Part shown: in pieces, positions 46,311 to 54,800 of the stretch
How positions within the stretch are numbered: position 1 is the stretch's first letter
How the letters are laid out: each line of letters starts with the position of its first letter
Assembly (NCBI GenBank): GCA_001775055.1
Contig: MFBU01000014.1
Location: forward strand, 59,833 to 118,534
Direction: 5' to 3'
Source of the DNA: Candidatus Curtissbacteria bacterium RIFCSPLOWO2_02_41_11
GTDB lineage: Bacteria; Patescibacteriota; Microgenomatia; Curtissbacterales; GWA2-41-24
Length of the DNA: 58,702 bases
Position numbers and translations under genes: made by a program
Notes under the pieces: generated by a model
What the model was told of the DNA's origin: nothing
Database searches by the model: none
The model's input: the letters and a program-made list of their open reading frames with translations, nothing else

Positions 46311-47302
46311 GTAATTAGATCGTGGACACCTTGTACTTCTGTAAATACTCCTCAGGTGTATCAAAATTGAGTGAGTAATGCAACCGTTCGCTATTGTAGT
46401 AGTCGGTCCACTCCTCCAAAGCAGTATTCAGTTCTTCCAGCGTAAGATCTCTGGTATCCACCAGATTGTAGAATTCATCATCGTCAGTCTTGTGCGATCT
46501 CTCAACACAGCCGTTCTGGTCGGGAGTATGGATCCAGGTATACTGATGGGCGATATTTTTGCCTTCAAGGTACTTTAAGGGTTCTGTCTGGAACTCCAAA
46601 CCATTGTCAGTCTGTATTCTTTGGGTGTTGATGCCCTTTTTAACAGCATGCGTTAAAAGTTTCTCCAAGAAGTCAACTGTACTTTGGGCGCCAATCTGAC
46701 TGTAGGCGCGGATATATCGCCATTTGGAAACCACATCAATGGCTGTATACTGATACCTTTTCCTGCCGTCCAGGAATTTAGTATCAATCTGCACCAGCTC
46801 TCCAGGCACAGAAGCATGATTGAAAAGCCTGGTGGCTCGTCGCTTCCTTCTGTGCCTCTTGATAATCAAACCGCGTTTCTTCCACCAGTTGTAGATAGTC
46901 TTTGGCGAGCATGGAGGAACTCTACCTTCCTTTAGCCACAGCTGATACAGATAGTAGTGGCTCTTGGCAGGATGATCCCTCTTCCACTGGCAAGATCTCA
47001 ACCACAACCTGCCATGGTATTGTCCTTGTGGACTTTGGCCGTCTTGATCTTGTCTTGATGGTGGTTAAGTTGTATCTTTTGTACCTTTTCTTCCACTTGT
47101 AGAAGGTTGATTTACCAATGCTCATCAGTCTGCATAAATACCTGACGTTGACCTTACCATCCCTTCGCATCATCTCGTAAGCATCCATAACCTTAAGTCT
47201 TAGGAGCTCACCAGCATCAAGGTCTACATTGTGTATTCTCAATCGAAAACACCTCCTTTCCCAGAAGATATTCTAGTTAAGAAGTGTCCACGATGTGTTT
47301 AC
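46311..47302 (-). mobile_element. insertion sequence with DDE (rve-type) transposase, IS481/IS3-like, frameshifted
   Basis: Terminal inverted repeats gtaa..a.atcgtggacac at 46311..46329 and 47284..47302 (reverse complement). GTACGA occurs on both flanks (possible target duplication). The transposase is split into ORFs 46922..47242 and 46315..47007. Confidence 0.8.
46315..47242 (-). pseudogene. DDE transposase interrupted by a frameshift near 46.95-47.0 kb
   Basis: N-terminal HTH part (SIGKSTFYKWKKRY) is in one frame. The catalytic part (GELVQIDTK, YQYTAIDVVSKW, TDNGLEF, HTPDQNGCVERSH) is in another. Confidence 0.75.
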
Positions 47303-47403
47303 ACAGTACGAAAAGTTGTCCAAATGGGTTAATCAGCATAAAATGATTTATGTCTACATCCTCGCAGCTTCTGAAGAAAATAGGAGGACATTCATTATAA
47401 ATA

Positions 47404-47730
47404 ATGAAAAGTTGGGCTGAAGAAAAATTTAGACAATTTGTCAAAGCAAATTTTCCCAGCGTAAGGGTAACAAAGAAGGGGTTGCCTGATTTTATGGTTA
47501 TTAAAGATGACAAAGTGATAGGCTTCATAGAAGTTAAAAGAGTCAGTTTATTAAAAAGTGAGCAACTTAGAACTGAACAAAAAATGTTTCGAGATTTCTG
47601 CAGTAAAAATAACATCCCATATCAGGTCTGGACGCCAAACATGGCAAAAACTAATTGGTTAAATGGTAATGAACATCATCGTAAAATTTGGCGTGAAGGT
47701 GTTGATGTTTTAGCACTTACTGCAAAATAA
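47404..47730 (+). CDS. VRR-NUC / PD-(D/E)xK small nuclease
   Basis: KKGLPDFMVIKDDKVIGFIEVKR = GxPD...ExK signature. 108 aa. Confidence 0.65.
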   Translation: MKSWAEEKFRQFVKANFPSVRVTKKGLPDFMVIKDDKVIGFIEVKRVSLLKSEQLRTEQKMFRDFCSKNNIPYQVWTPNMAKTNWLNGNEHHRKIWREGVDVLALTAK

Positions 47731-47770
47731 GCTTAACTTAAAATAGGTAGGGAATTTTTCTATCACAGAA

Positions 47771-47808
47771 ATCACTTCCGATTTGGACTAGCTTTGCACA
47801 TCGGGAAT
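47771..47808 (+). repeat. hairpin repeat family H, copy 3
   Basis: atcacttccgatttggactagctttgcacatcgggaat. Stem ccgatttg/cacatcgg. The upstream tatcacagaa also matches the flank of copy 1. Confidence 0.65.
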
Positions 47809-47812
47809 CAAG

Positions 47813-47844
47813 AAGTCGGGGAGAGGGGCTCACAATTGAACCGC
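47813..47844 (-). pseudogene. degenerate fragment of the tRNA-Pro 3' half
   Basis: aagtcggggagaggggctcacaattgaaccgc vs aagtcggggtgggcgg---acttgaaccgcc at 50147..50174. Same orientation, and same position relative to an H-family hairpin. Confidence 0.5.
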
Positions 47845-47941
47845 TTTTAGGAGATTTAAACCGCTTACATGAGGCTTTTAAACCTGCTTTTGCTTAAAAG
47901 TGGTAGAATAACGTGCTAATATTAAATTGGAGGTGAAATAA

Positions 47942-48220
47942 ATGCCAGCAAAACAAAACTTAGTAGGAAAAAATATATTAAAACGGGAGATTGAATACTA
48001 CGAAAAGAATAAGCAGGAATATCTAAAGGAGTATAAAGGCCAATTTGTCCTCATCAAAGGGGACAGTTTCGCAGGGTCATTCACAACAGATGCAGAGGCT
48101 TATAAAACAGGAGTACAGAAATTTGGAAATGAACCATTTTTGATTAAACAGGTCTTAGATAAGGACGAAACAATTGCCTTTCCCGCCTTGGCTGTTGGAT
48201 TAGTCAATGTCAGTTTATAA
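47942..48220 (+). CDS. small protein coupled to the retropepsin-like protease gene
   Basis: 92 aa. SD ggaggtg upstream. Overlaps the next ORF by 14 nt. Confidence 0.55.
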   Translation: MPAKQNLVGKNILKREIEYYEKNKQEYLKEYKGQFVLIKGDSFAGSFTTDAEAYKTGVQKFGNEPFLIKQVLDKDETIAFPALAVGLVNVSL

Positions 48221-48689
48221 TCATTTTCTTTTACAAAACACACCACAAGGGAACACGATCAACCCTGGAGTCCTGTTTGAAGCAGGTCCAATAATAAATA
48301 TTGAAATATCAATTCCTAAAGCATTGGCCGATGTTTATTCTCAAACTGGACAAACGATTCCGCAACCAAAAATAGGGATTGCTTTAATTGATACTGGAGC
48401 TAAAAAGAGTTGTGTGCATGATTCAATTATGCAAGACCTAGGCGTTAGTACAATAGGACAAGTAATGTCTGGAACTGCTAACGGACAAAGACCATGTAAA
48501 TTATTTCCAGCTTTTTTCAATTTTCCAGGAACTGGGATATCTGTCGATTTTACTTCTGTAGTAGAAGTTAATTTATCTGGACAAATAATAAATGGTGAAC
48601 AAATTATCGCGCTTGTCGGTAGGGACCTACTTGCGAACACAATTTTCGTCTACAATGGACGGGTTGGTTTATATACTTTGGCGATTTGA
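48207..48689 (+). CDS. retropepsin-like aspartic protease
   Basis: IALIDTGAKKS (D-T-G-A active-site motif) and C-terminal IIALVGRDLL (hhG-x-D-h-L), as in clan AA retropepsin-like proteases. Confidence 0.7.
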   Translation: MSVYNHFLLQNTPQGNTINPGVLFEAGPIINIEISIPKALADVYSQTGQTIPQPKIGIALIDTGAKKSCVHDSIMQDLGVSTIGQVMSGTANGQRPCKLFPAFFNFPGTGISVDFTSVVEVNLSGQIINGEQIIALVGRDLLANTIFVYNGRVGLYTLAI

Positions 48690-48744
48690 TTTTCGAATAA
48701 AGTTATTTAACTCCCCAACTTCTCAATAACCGCAAGAATATCAA

Positions 48745-48957
48745 TTACTTTATAACTGGTCTTTTTAGAAGGAAAGCAAACGCATTTGTTTGTGTTTTGT
48801 TCGAAAAAAACCCAGCGCTTGTAATTGGTACAATGGCAACTAATTCCCAACAATCATTACCAAGTTCGTTTAGTTTTTCCACAGTTTTCTTCTCATCGAG
48901 ATTCTTAGCGTAAACACCGCCAGCGTTAATGTTAATTGATATATATTCCCACTTCAT
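48745..48957 (-). CDS. DUF4177-like small protein
   Basis: MKWEYISI...LNELGNDCWELVAIVPI pattern. Confidence 0.5.
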   Translation of the reverse strand: MKWEYISININAGGVYAKNLDEKKTVEKLNELGNDCWELVAIVPITSAGFFSNKTQTNAFAFLLKRPVIK

Positions 48958-49043
48958 TAATACTAATTTTCTAATTTTTCTATTACTATTTTACTATCAT
49001 TTGCAGGTCTATTTTCTAATGAAAGAATATGTGCCGCACATAT

Positions 49044-49292
49044 TCAAAACTCTTTACCAGTTTGCATATACCAAATAGCGTTAATCAAGAAGGTGGCTAT
49101 TCCGCCAAAGATAACTAACAATTGCCAAAAAGAGCTATTATCAATAGCCATACCAAATCCTTTACCGCTCTTTATTTGTAATGTGATAATAAAGACGTAG
49201 AAAATGGCAAATATTATAACGCCTTGCATGATATGATTATCAACCTCCTTCAACAACTTCCCCTTAAAAACAAAAATCTTAATTATTGGCAC
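49044..49292 (-). CDS. small membrane protein
   Basis: Two predicted TM helices (GVIIFAIFYVFIITL; LLVIFGGIATFLINAIW). Start uncertain. Confidence 0.4.
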   Translation of the reverse strand: MPIIKIFVFKGKLLKEVDNHIMQGVIIFAIFYVFIITLQIKSGKGFGMAIDNSSFWQLLVIFGGIATFLINAIWYMQTGKEF

Positions 49293-49391
49293 CTTTCTTT
49301 TAGGTCTTGGACTGATTATTGTTGGAATGTTAGTATATTACCTCTGGCCGACACCTGTTGGTACAAGAACTTTTAATGCTTAACTTACCTT

Positions 49392-50093
49392 CTATAAATT
49401 CCTTGTTTTACCCCCATAAGTATCAGTTTTTTTATGACAATCAATACACAATGTTTGACCATTACTAACATCGTATCTAAGTTCGGGAAATATTGAAAAA
49501 GGTTTAATATGATCTGCATGTAATTCAATTGTTTTGCCTAGACCTTTTTGGTTTTTAATTCCACAAATTTGGCAAGTATAATTATCACGTTCAAAAATTG
49601 CTTCTCGCCAAGTTCTATATTTTAAAGACCTTCGTATTATTTTATTAAGTGGAGATATCCCACCTTTCCAATTGGAACTCTTTATCCCACTAGAACTTAA
49701 TCGCATTTTCTCTTTGGTTTCTAAAGAGTGATGTTTATCAGACATACCTGACATTTTTAATCCCTTATTCCAAGATGGTTGTCCTTTTTTAAATTCTGTA
49801 TTTATGTTGTAGTGTTCCCCCTTTTTGAATAGTTGTTTATTATTTATTGCCCAAGGAGCTTTTTTCCCCTTTAGAGACTCACTTAATCTTTTTCTAGTTT
49901 CAGCAGATTTAATACGACCTTTGAGGGTTTCACTGATTTTTCTTCGAGTTTCTTCTGATTGAACATAGCCATTATGTCCTAAAATAAATCTATGTGGCTT
50001 CCCTTTAACCCACCCCATTCTCCTGGAAGTATATTTTGAAATAGGAGCAGGTTTTCCACAGCCACACTCACAAAGTATTTGTTTACTGGGCAT
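49392..50093 (-). CDS. free-standing HNH endonuclease with NUMOD3 repeats (homing-endonuclease-like)
   Basis: Three repeats ETRRKISETLKG / ETRKRLSESLKG / ETKEKMRLSSSG (NUMOD3-like). C-terminal CQICG...HADHIKPFS...NGQTLCIDCHKKT (HNH). Confidence 0.8.
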   Translation of the reverse strand: MPSKQILCECGCGKPAPISKYTSRRMGWVKGKPHRFILGHNGYVQSEETRRKISETLKGRIKSAETRKRLSESLKGKKAPWAINNKQLFKKGEHYNINTEFKKGQPSWNKGLKMSGMSDKHHSLETKEKMRLSSSGIKSSNWKGGISPLNKIIRRSLKYRTWREAIFERDNYTCQICGIKNQKGLGKTIELHADHIKPFSIFPELRYDVSNGQTLCIDCHKKTDTYGGKTRNL

Positions 50094-50110
50094 TATATGT
50101 CTCCTATCAA

Positions 50111-50146
50111 ACCCGGTGTGTATTAGCTTGACACATCGGGAATATT
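50111..50146 (+). repeat. hairpin repeat family H, copy 4 (immediately 3' of tRNA-Pro on the minus strand)
   Basis: Stem cccggtgtg (50112..50120) / cacatcggg (50132..50140), 9 bp including one G-U, with an 11-nt loop. Confidence 0.65.
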
Positions 50147-50149
50147 AAG

Positions 50150-50223
50150 TCGGGGTGGGCGGACTTGAACCGCCGACTTCCAGACCCCCAGCCTGGCGTT
50201 CTAGCCAACTGAACTACACCCCG
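50150..50223 (-). tRNA. tRNA-Pro (anticodon GGG)
   Basis: The reverse complement CGGGGTG-TA-GTTC-AGTTGGCTA-GAAC-G-CCAGG-CTGGGGG-TCTGG-AAGTC-GGCGG-TTCAAGT-CCGCC-CACCCCG-A folds as a cloverleaf. Anticodon loop C-U-GGG-G-G. Confidence 0.9.
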
Positions 50224-50380
50224 GCGTCGAGATGGACTCAGCTTTTCGTCCTGCAACTATTGTTGCAGGATCTTTACGCTTCGTCATCTCTCCTTTTCAA
50301 ATGCCGTTGGCATTTGATTCTTTGTATTTTATCACCACTTGTAATTTTGGCAAATCTATAGTAAAACTACTCTGGACTAT

Positions 50381-51451
50381 ATGACCACGGACGCTAAAAA
50401 ACAAGCGATTCTAACTGCCATTTCCCAAATCGAAAAAGCTTATGGTAAGGGTTCCATCATGAAGATGGGTGAATCAATCGGAAAATTGGAGATTGATGTT
50501 ATCCCAACAGGTGCAGTGCCGGTTGATTTGGCTTTAGGTGTTGGCGGTCTCCCACGAGGCCGAATTGTTGAAATCTTCGGACCGGAGGCTTCTGGCAAAA
50601 CAACCCTGGCCCTTGCAATTATTGCTCAGGCTCAAAAAAACGGTGGTCAAGCCGCGCTAATTGATGCCGAGCATGCGCTTGATCCAGCTTGGGCGCAAAA
50701 AGTCGGCGTAAATTTAGATGATCTTTTAATTTCCCAGCCCGATACCGGTGAGCAGGCACTGGAGATAACCGAGACTTTGATTCGCTCCGGAGCGATTGAT
50801 GTAGTTGTTATAGATTCGGTCGCCGCACTGGTTCCGCGTGCCGAAATTGAGGGTGAAATGGGTGATTCGATGATGGGTGTTCAGGCAAGACTGATGTCCC
50901 AGGCGCTGCGCAAATTAACCGGTGCCATTTCCAAATCCAAAACTATTGCCATCTTTACTAATCAACTGCGCGAAAAAATCGGCATTATGTTTGGCAATCC
51001 GGAAGTTACCCCAGGCGGCCGTGCCCTCAAATTTTATTCCTCAGTCAGACTGGATGTTCGTAAGATAGACAATATAAAGGAAGGCGATCGAGTAATTGGT
51101 TCACGCCATCGCGTCAAAGTTGTCAAAAATAAAGTTGCTCCGCCATTTCGAATTGCCGAGTTTGACATTATGGGGGAGGAAGGAATTTCCAAGGAGGGCG
51201 GACTCTTGGATGTAGCAGTAGAGCTTGGTCTGGTTACTAAATCAGGAGCCTTTTTTCGTTGGGGCAACAAAATGATCGGTCAAGGTAGAGAATCGGCCAA
51301 AGCCTATCTTGCTGAGCATAAGAAAGAAGCGGCTCTACTTGAAAAAGAAATCTGGGCTAAGGTCAAAAAAGGTTTGCCCCAAAAACCGCCAAAAGTCAGC
51401 AATTCCGAAACAGAGGATGAAGAGATTCTTGAAGAGCTAGCTACAGTATAA
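50381..51451 (+). CDS. recA: recombinase RecA
   Basis: [63 protein letters not shown]. Confidence 0.98.
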   Translation: MTTDAKKQAILTAISQIEKAYGKGSIMKMGESIGKLEIDVIPTGAVPVDLALGVGGLPRGRIVEIFGPEASGKTTLALAIIAQAQKNGGQAALIDAEHALDPAWAQKVGVNLDDLLISQPDTGEQALEITETLIRSGAIDVVVIDSVAALVPRAEIEGEMGDSMMGVQARLMSQALRKLTGAISKSKTIAIFTNQLREKIGIMFGNPEVTPGGRALKFYSSVRLDVRKIDNIKEGDRVIGSRHRVKVVKNKVAPPFRIAEFDIMGEEGISKEGGLLDVAVELGLVTKSGAFFRWGNKMIGQGRESAKAYLAEHKKEAALLEKEIWAKVKKGLPQKPPKVSNSETEDEEILEELATV

Positions 51452-51453
51452 AT

Positions 51454-52107
51454 GTGCCTCGGATAACTTCAGTCAAACCCCAGAAAAGAAAAGAGAGATT
51501 TAATATTTTTTTGGACGGCAAATTTGCTTTTGGGGTAGATGAAAATATACTCGTTAAAAATCATCTAAAAGTTGGCAAAATATTAACCGGAGATCAGATC
51601 GACAAACTGATTAAAGAAACAGTACTTGGAAAACTTTTTGATCAGGCCCTTCGTTTTTTATCTTATCGTCCACGAAGCGAAAAAGAAATTACTACTTATC
51701 TTGCCCAAAAAATTGCTAAAAGAGAAAATATTAAGTTTCGAGAAGCCAAAGAAAGTCCGCTCATTGGCGCCGTCGCTCTCAAACTCAAAAGGTATAACTA
51801 CCTTGACGATCGCCAATTTGCCAAATGGTTAGTTGGCTTGCGAATCAAATCGGCTTCACGTGGTCTTTCTCTTATAAAACAAGAACTGATTCAAAAAGGT
51901 ATAGACAAAGAAATTATTCAGTCACTTCTTAGTAAATACCCAAACCAGACACTTATAGCTAAAAAAGCAATTGAGAAAAAATTAAAAAGATGGCAGGGGC
52001 TTTCAGAGTTGGGTTTAAAGAAAAAAGTCTATGCTTATCTTGCTTCCCGCGGTTTTGATTTTGAAACAATTAAAGAAGTATTTGCCTTTTTGCTAAAAAG
52101 GCGCTAA
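51454..52107 (+). CDS. recX: regulatory protein RecX
   Basis: Position right after recA. Helical-repeat pattern (ALRFLSYRPRSEKEI..YL, ..DD..FA..), GTG start. Confidence 0.8.
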   Translation: MPRITSVKPQKRKERFNIFLDGKFAFGVDENILVKNHLKVGKILTGDQIDKLIKETVLGKLFDQALRFLSYRPRSEKEITTYLAQKIAKRENIKFREAKESPLIGAVALKLKRYNYLDDRQFAKWLVGLRIKSASRGLSLIKQELIQKGIDKEIIQSLLSKYPNQTLIAKKAIEKKLKRWQGLSELGLKKKVYAYLASRGFDFETIKEVFAFLLKRR

Positions 52108-52257
52108 AATCAGAAAAACCGGAAAGAAAACTTAGCAAGAAGCAAGTTTTTAAAAGATGAAGTTTTTAATTAAAGCCGAGAGATTCGCGCTTAATTCTAC
52201 TTAAAGACCGTAAACTCGGTTTTTATTCTTGCTGTTTCTTTCCCATAAAATTGAACT

Positions 52258-53775
52258 ATGTCGCCACTTGGGATATTTGGAGATCAGAAACCGAAACAAC
52301 ATACCCAAAAATTACCTCAGAAGCCTAAAAAGGTAATAGTTTCTATTGGCAAACAAGTCGGCAAAGGTAGTTATCCGCCTGACGCAAAAGTTACTGCCCG
52401 CGAAATCATTCAAGATGCCAGAGACGAGGCCTTCCGCATTAAAAAAGCTGCTGAAGAAGAAGCCTCAAAAATTAGACAAGAGTCTCTAGAGCTTGAAAAA
52501 AGACTGGCCCAAAAAGAGGATTTACTGGATGAGCGGACCGTTCAGGTCGAAAAGCAGGAAAAACAACTGACTACTCTTAGAGAAGCATTATTAATTCAAG
52601 AGGAAGAACTCGCAAAACTTAGAAGTGAACTGGTTAATAAACTAGAAAAAATCAGCTCATTAACCGCTGAGGAGGCCAAGAAGTTAATTTTGGAAAATTT
52701 ACAGTCTCAGCTTAAAAATGAAATTGCCAAAAGGATTAAAGAAGCAGAGGAAGAAGTAAAGGCTCAGGCAGAGTTTCGCGCTCGCGAAATTTTAGCCAAT
52801 GCCATGATAGCTGGCGCCACTGATTGGGTCGCCGAATATACCGTTTCTTCAGTAAAGTTGGAATCTAGCGAAATTAAAGGAAGAATTATCGGCAAGGAGG
52901 GACGAAATATTCGGGCCTTTGAACTGGCGACCGGAGTTGATGTTGAACTTGATAGTGAAGATACCAATGAAGTCAGGCTTTCTTCATTTGATCCAATTAG
53001 ACGCGAAATCGCCAGAGTTGCTCTTGAATGGTTGGTTAAAGATACCAGGATTCAACCAGCAAGAATAGAGCAATTGGTTGAGAAGGCAAAAGCACTGGTA
53101 AGTCAAAATATGTCAGATGCTGGCAGGCGGGCAGCAGCTGAAGTCGGTCTTTATAATTTAAGTCAAGAGTCGCTTGATGGTTTAGGCAGACTGAAATTTA
53201 GATATTCCTATGGCCAAAATCAATTAATTGCCGCAGTTGAAACGGCTAAAATCGCCAAAAAAATAGCCGAGGAATTGGGTGCTAATACCACAACTTGTGC
53301 AACAGGAGGACTTTTTCATGATATCGGCAAAATCGAAGTTGAAAAAGAAGGCACTCACGTCCAGTTGGGAGTCGAACTTGCTAAAAAGTGGAATTTCCCC
53401 AAGGAAGTAATTGACTGTATTGCCCAGCATCATGAAGACGAACCGTTTTCGTCCACCGAATCGGTAATTGTCCATATTGCCGATGCTGTTTCCGGTGCAA
53501 GACCCGGCGCTCGCCATGAACCGGTTGAAGAGTACATTAGAAGATTATCCAATATTGAAAATATTGCCACTTCATTTGCCGGTGTTGAAAAGGCTTACGC
53601 AATTCAGGCTGGCAGAGAAATTAGGGTTATTGTTGAACCGACAGTTGTCGATGATACTGGTATTGTTACTCTTTCTCACCAGATTAGGGAAAAATTGGAA
53701 AAAGAATTGACTTATCCTGGTCAGATTACGGTCACAGTTATTCGCGAGGTCAGAGCAATTGATGTTGCCAAATGA
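52258..53775 (+). CDS. rny: ribonuclease Y
   Basis: Coiled-coil N-terminal region, KH motif GRIIGKEGRNIRAFE, HD domain GGLFHDIGK...QHHE. Confidence 0.93.
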   Translation: MSPLGIFGDQKPKQHTQKLPQKPKKVIVSIGKQVGKGSYPPDAKVTAREIIQDARDEAFRIKKAAEEEASKIRQESLELEKRLAQKEDLLDERTVQVEKQEKQLTTLREALLIQEEELAKLRSELVNKLEKISSLTAEEAKKLILENLQSQLKNEIAKRIKEAEEEVKAQAEFRAREILANAMIAGATDWVAEYTVSSVKLESSEIKGRIIGKEGRNIRAFELATGVDVELDSEDTNEVRLSSFDPIRREIARVALEWLVKDTRIQPARIEQLVEKAKALVSQNMSDAGRRAAAEVGLYNLSQESLDGLGRLKFRYSYGQNQLIAAVETAKIAKKIAEELGANTTTCATGGLFHDIGKIEVEKEGTHVQLGVELAKKWNFPKEVIDCIAQHHEDEPFSSTESVIVHIADAVSGARPGARHEPVEEYIRRLSNIENIATSFAGVEKAYAIQAGREIRVIVEPTVVDDTGIVTLSHQIREKLEKELTYPGQITVTVIREVRAIDVAK

Positions 53776-53893
53776 AATTAGGCTCCCTGCCTAACTTCAT
53801 TTGACAATTATCTTTTTTAAGATATAATTCTGGTTATTGAAACAATCATTCGGATAAATTCGGATTAATCCATTCGGATAAATTAGGATACAT

Positions 53894-54166
53894 ATGACTA
53901 AAAAAGAACTCACCGAAAAACTTTCCAAAAAAGTAGGCCTGACAAAAAAAGCAGCCTTTGAATCTGTTAATTCGGTTTTTGGTCTAATTAAAGATTCCCT
54001 TTCAAAGGGTGACAAAGTGATTATAACCGGCTTTGGAACTTTTGAAGTCAGGAATAGAGCAACAAGACGCGGCCGAAATCCCCAAACCGGCGACACTATC
54101 CAAATTGCCGGCCACAAACTTCCAGGCTTCACTGCCGGCAAAACCCTCAGAAGATTGATTAAATAA
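53894..54166 (+). CDS. hup: DNA-binding protein HU
   Basis: MTKKELTEKLS...GFGTFEVRNRATRRGRNPQTGDTIQI. Confidence 0.95.
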   Translation: MTKKELTEKLSKKVGLTKKAAFESVNSVFGLIKDSLSKGDKVIITGFGTFEVRNRATRRGRNPQTGDTIQIAGHKLPGFTAGKTLRRLIK

Positions 54167-54175
54167 AGGGATTTT

Positions 54176-54664
54176 TTAAGCAGCTTTTTCTTTAATTCGA
54201 CTCAGCTTCTGTTGTTTTCTTTTTTCGACTAGCTCGGCCATAAATTCTGGTAGAGATTTACCCTCGGGGTTTATAATTTTTCCATCCACCTCTGTTACTT
54301 CGACCTCGACAGGTTTCTCGACCAGTTTTTCTGCAGCCTGTTGCTCGTCTTGGGCAGCTCTAACCCTTACGTATTCAGGTAAAGGTAAACCCTCCTGATT
54401 GATAACATTTATTGGCTTTTCGTCCTCATTCTCAATTGGCTGAGCAATTCCTGAATCGACGATCCTTCTTACCCTGTCAGGAATTACTTTTCTACCTAAA
54501 GTATTCTGGGGAAAGTCTATAATTACTCCTGTTAATTCTCTTTCCACACCTGTTGGTTCGATTACAGTATCGTTAGTCCCATCAAATTCGGCAAGAAGCC
54601 GCCTCAGGATTTTAAAGGCTTTTCTTGCGCTATTGCTTCTGTCCAGCAAGTTATGTTCTGGCAT
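54176..54664 (-). CDS. hypothetical acidic protein with internal duplicated segment
   Basis: 162 aa. INQEGLPLPEYV and INPEGKSLPEFM are repeats. No known motif. Confidence 0.5.
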   Translation of the reverse strand: MPEHNLLDRSNSARKAFKILRRLLAEFDGTNDTVIEPTGVERELTGVIIDFPQNTLGRKVIPDRVRRIVDSGIAQPIENEDEKPINVINQEGLPLPEYVRVRAAQDEQQAAEKLVEKPVEVEVTEVDGKIINPEGKSLPEFMAELVEKRKQQKLSRIKEKAA

Positions 54665-54800
54665 TTTAACTCACCTACTAATAATTTAACCCGCTCGACC
54701 GAGTAAGTCAAAAAGCGGGTGATTTCATTTCTTGCAGAACGAAATATACTCTTTCTAGCCTCAAAAGTCAAATGAAATTTAGTGTGTTAGAATTGGCGAT

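Noticed and set aside
47277-47615. 112-aa minus-strand ORF
   Set aside because: It overlaps the VRR-NUC gene (which has a clear PD...ExK motif) on the opposite strand and has no motif of its own.
50155-50361. 68-aa plus-strand ORF
   Set aside because: It is the antisense of tRNA-Pro plus the recA upstream region. The tRNA cloverleaf explains the sequence.
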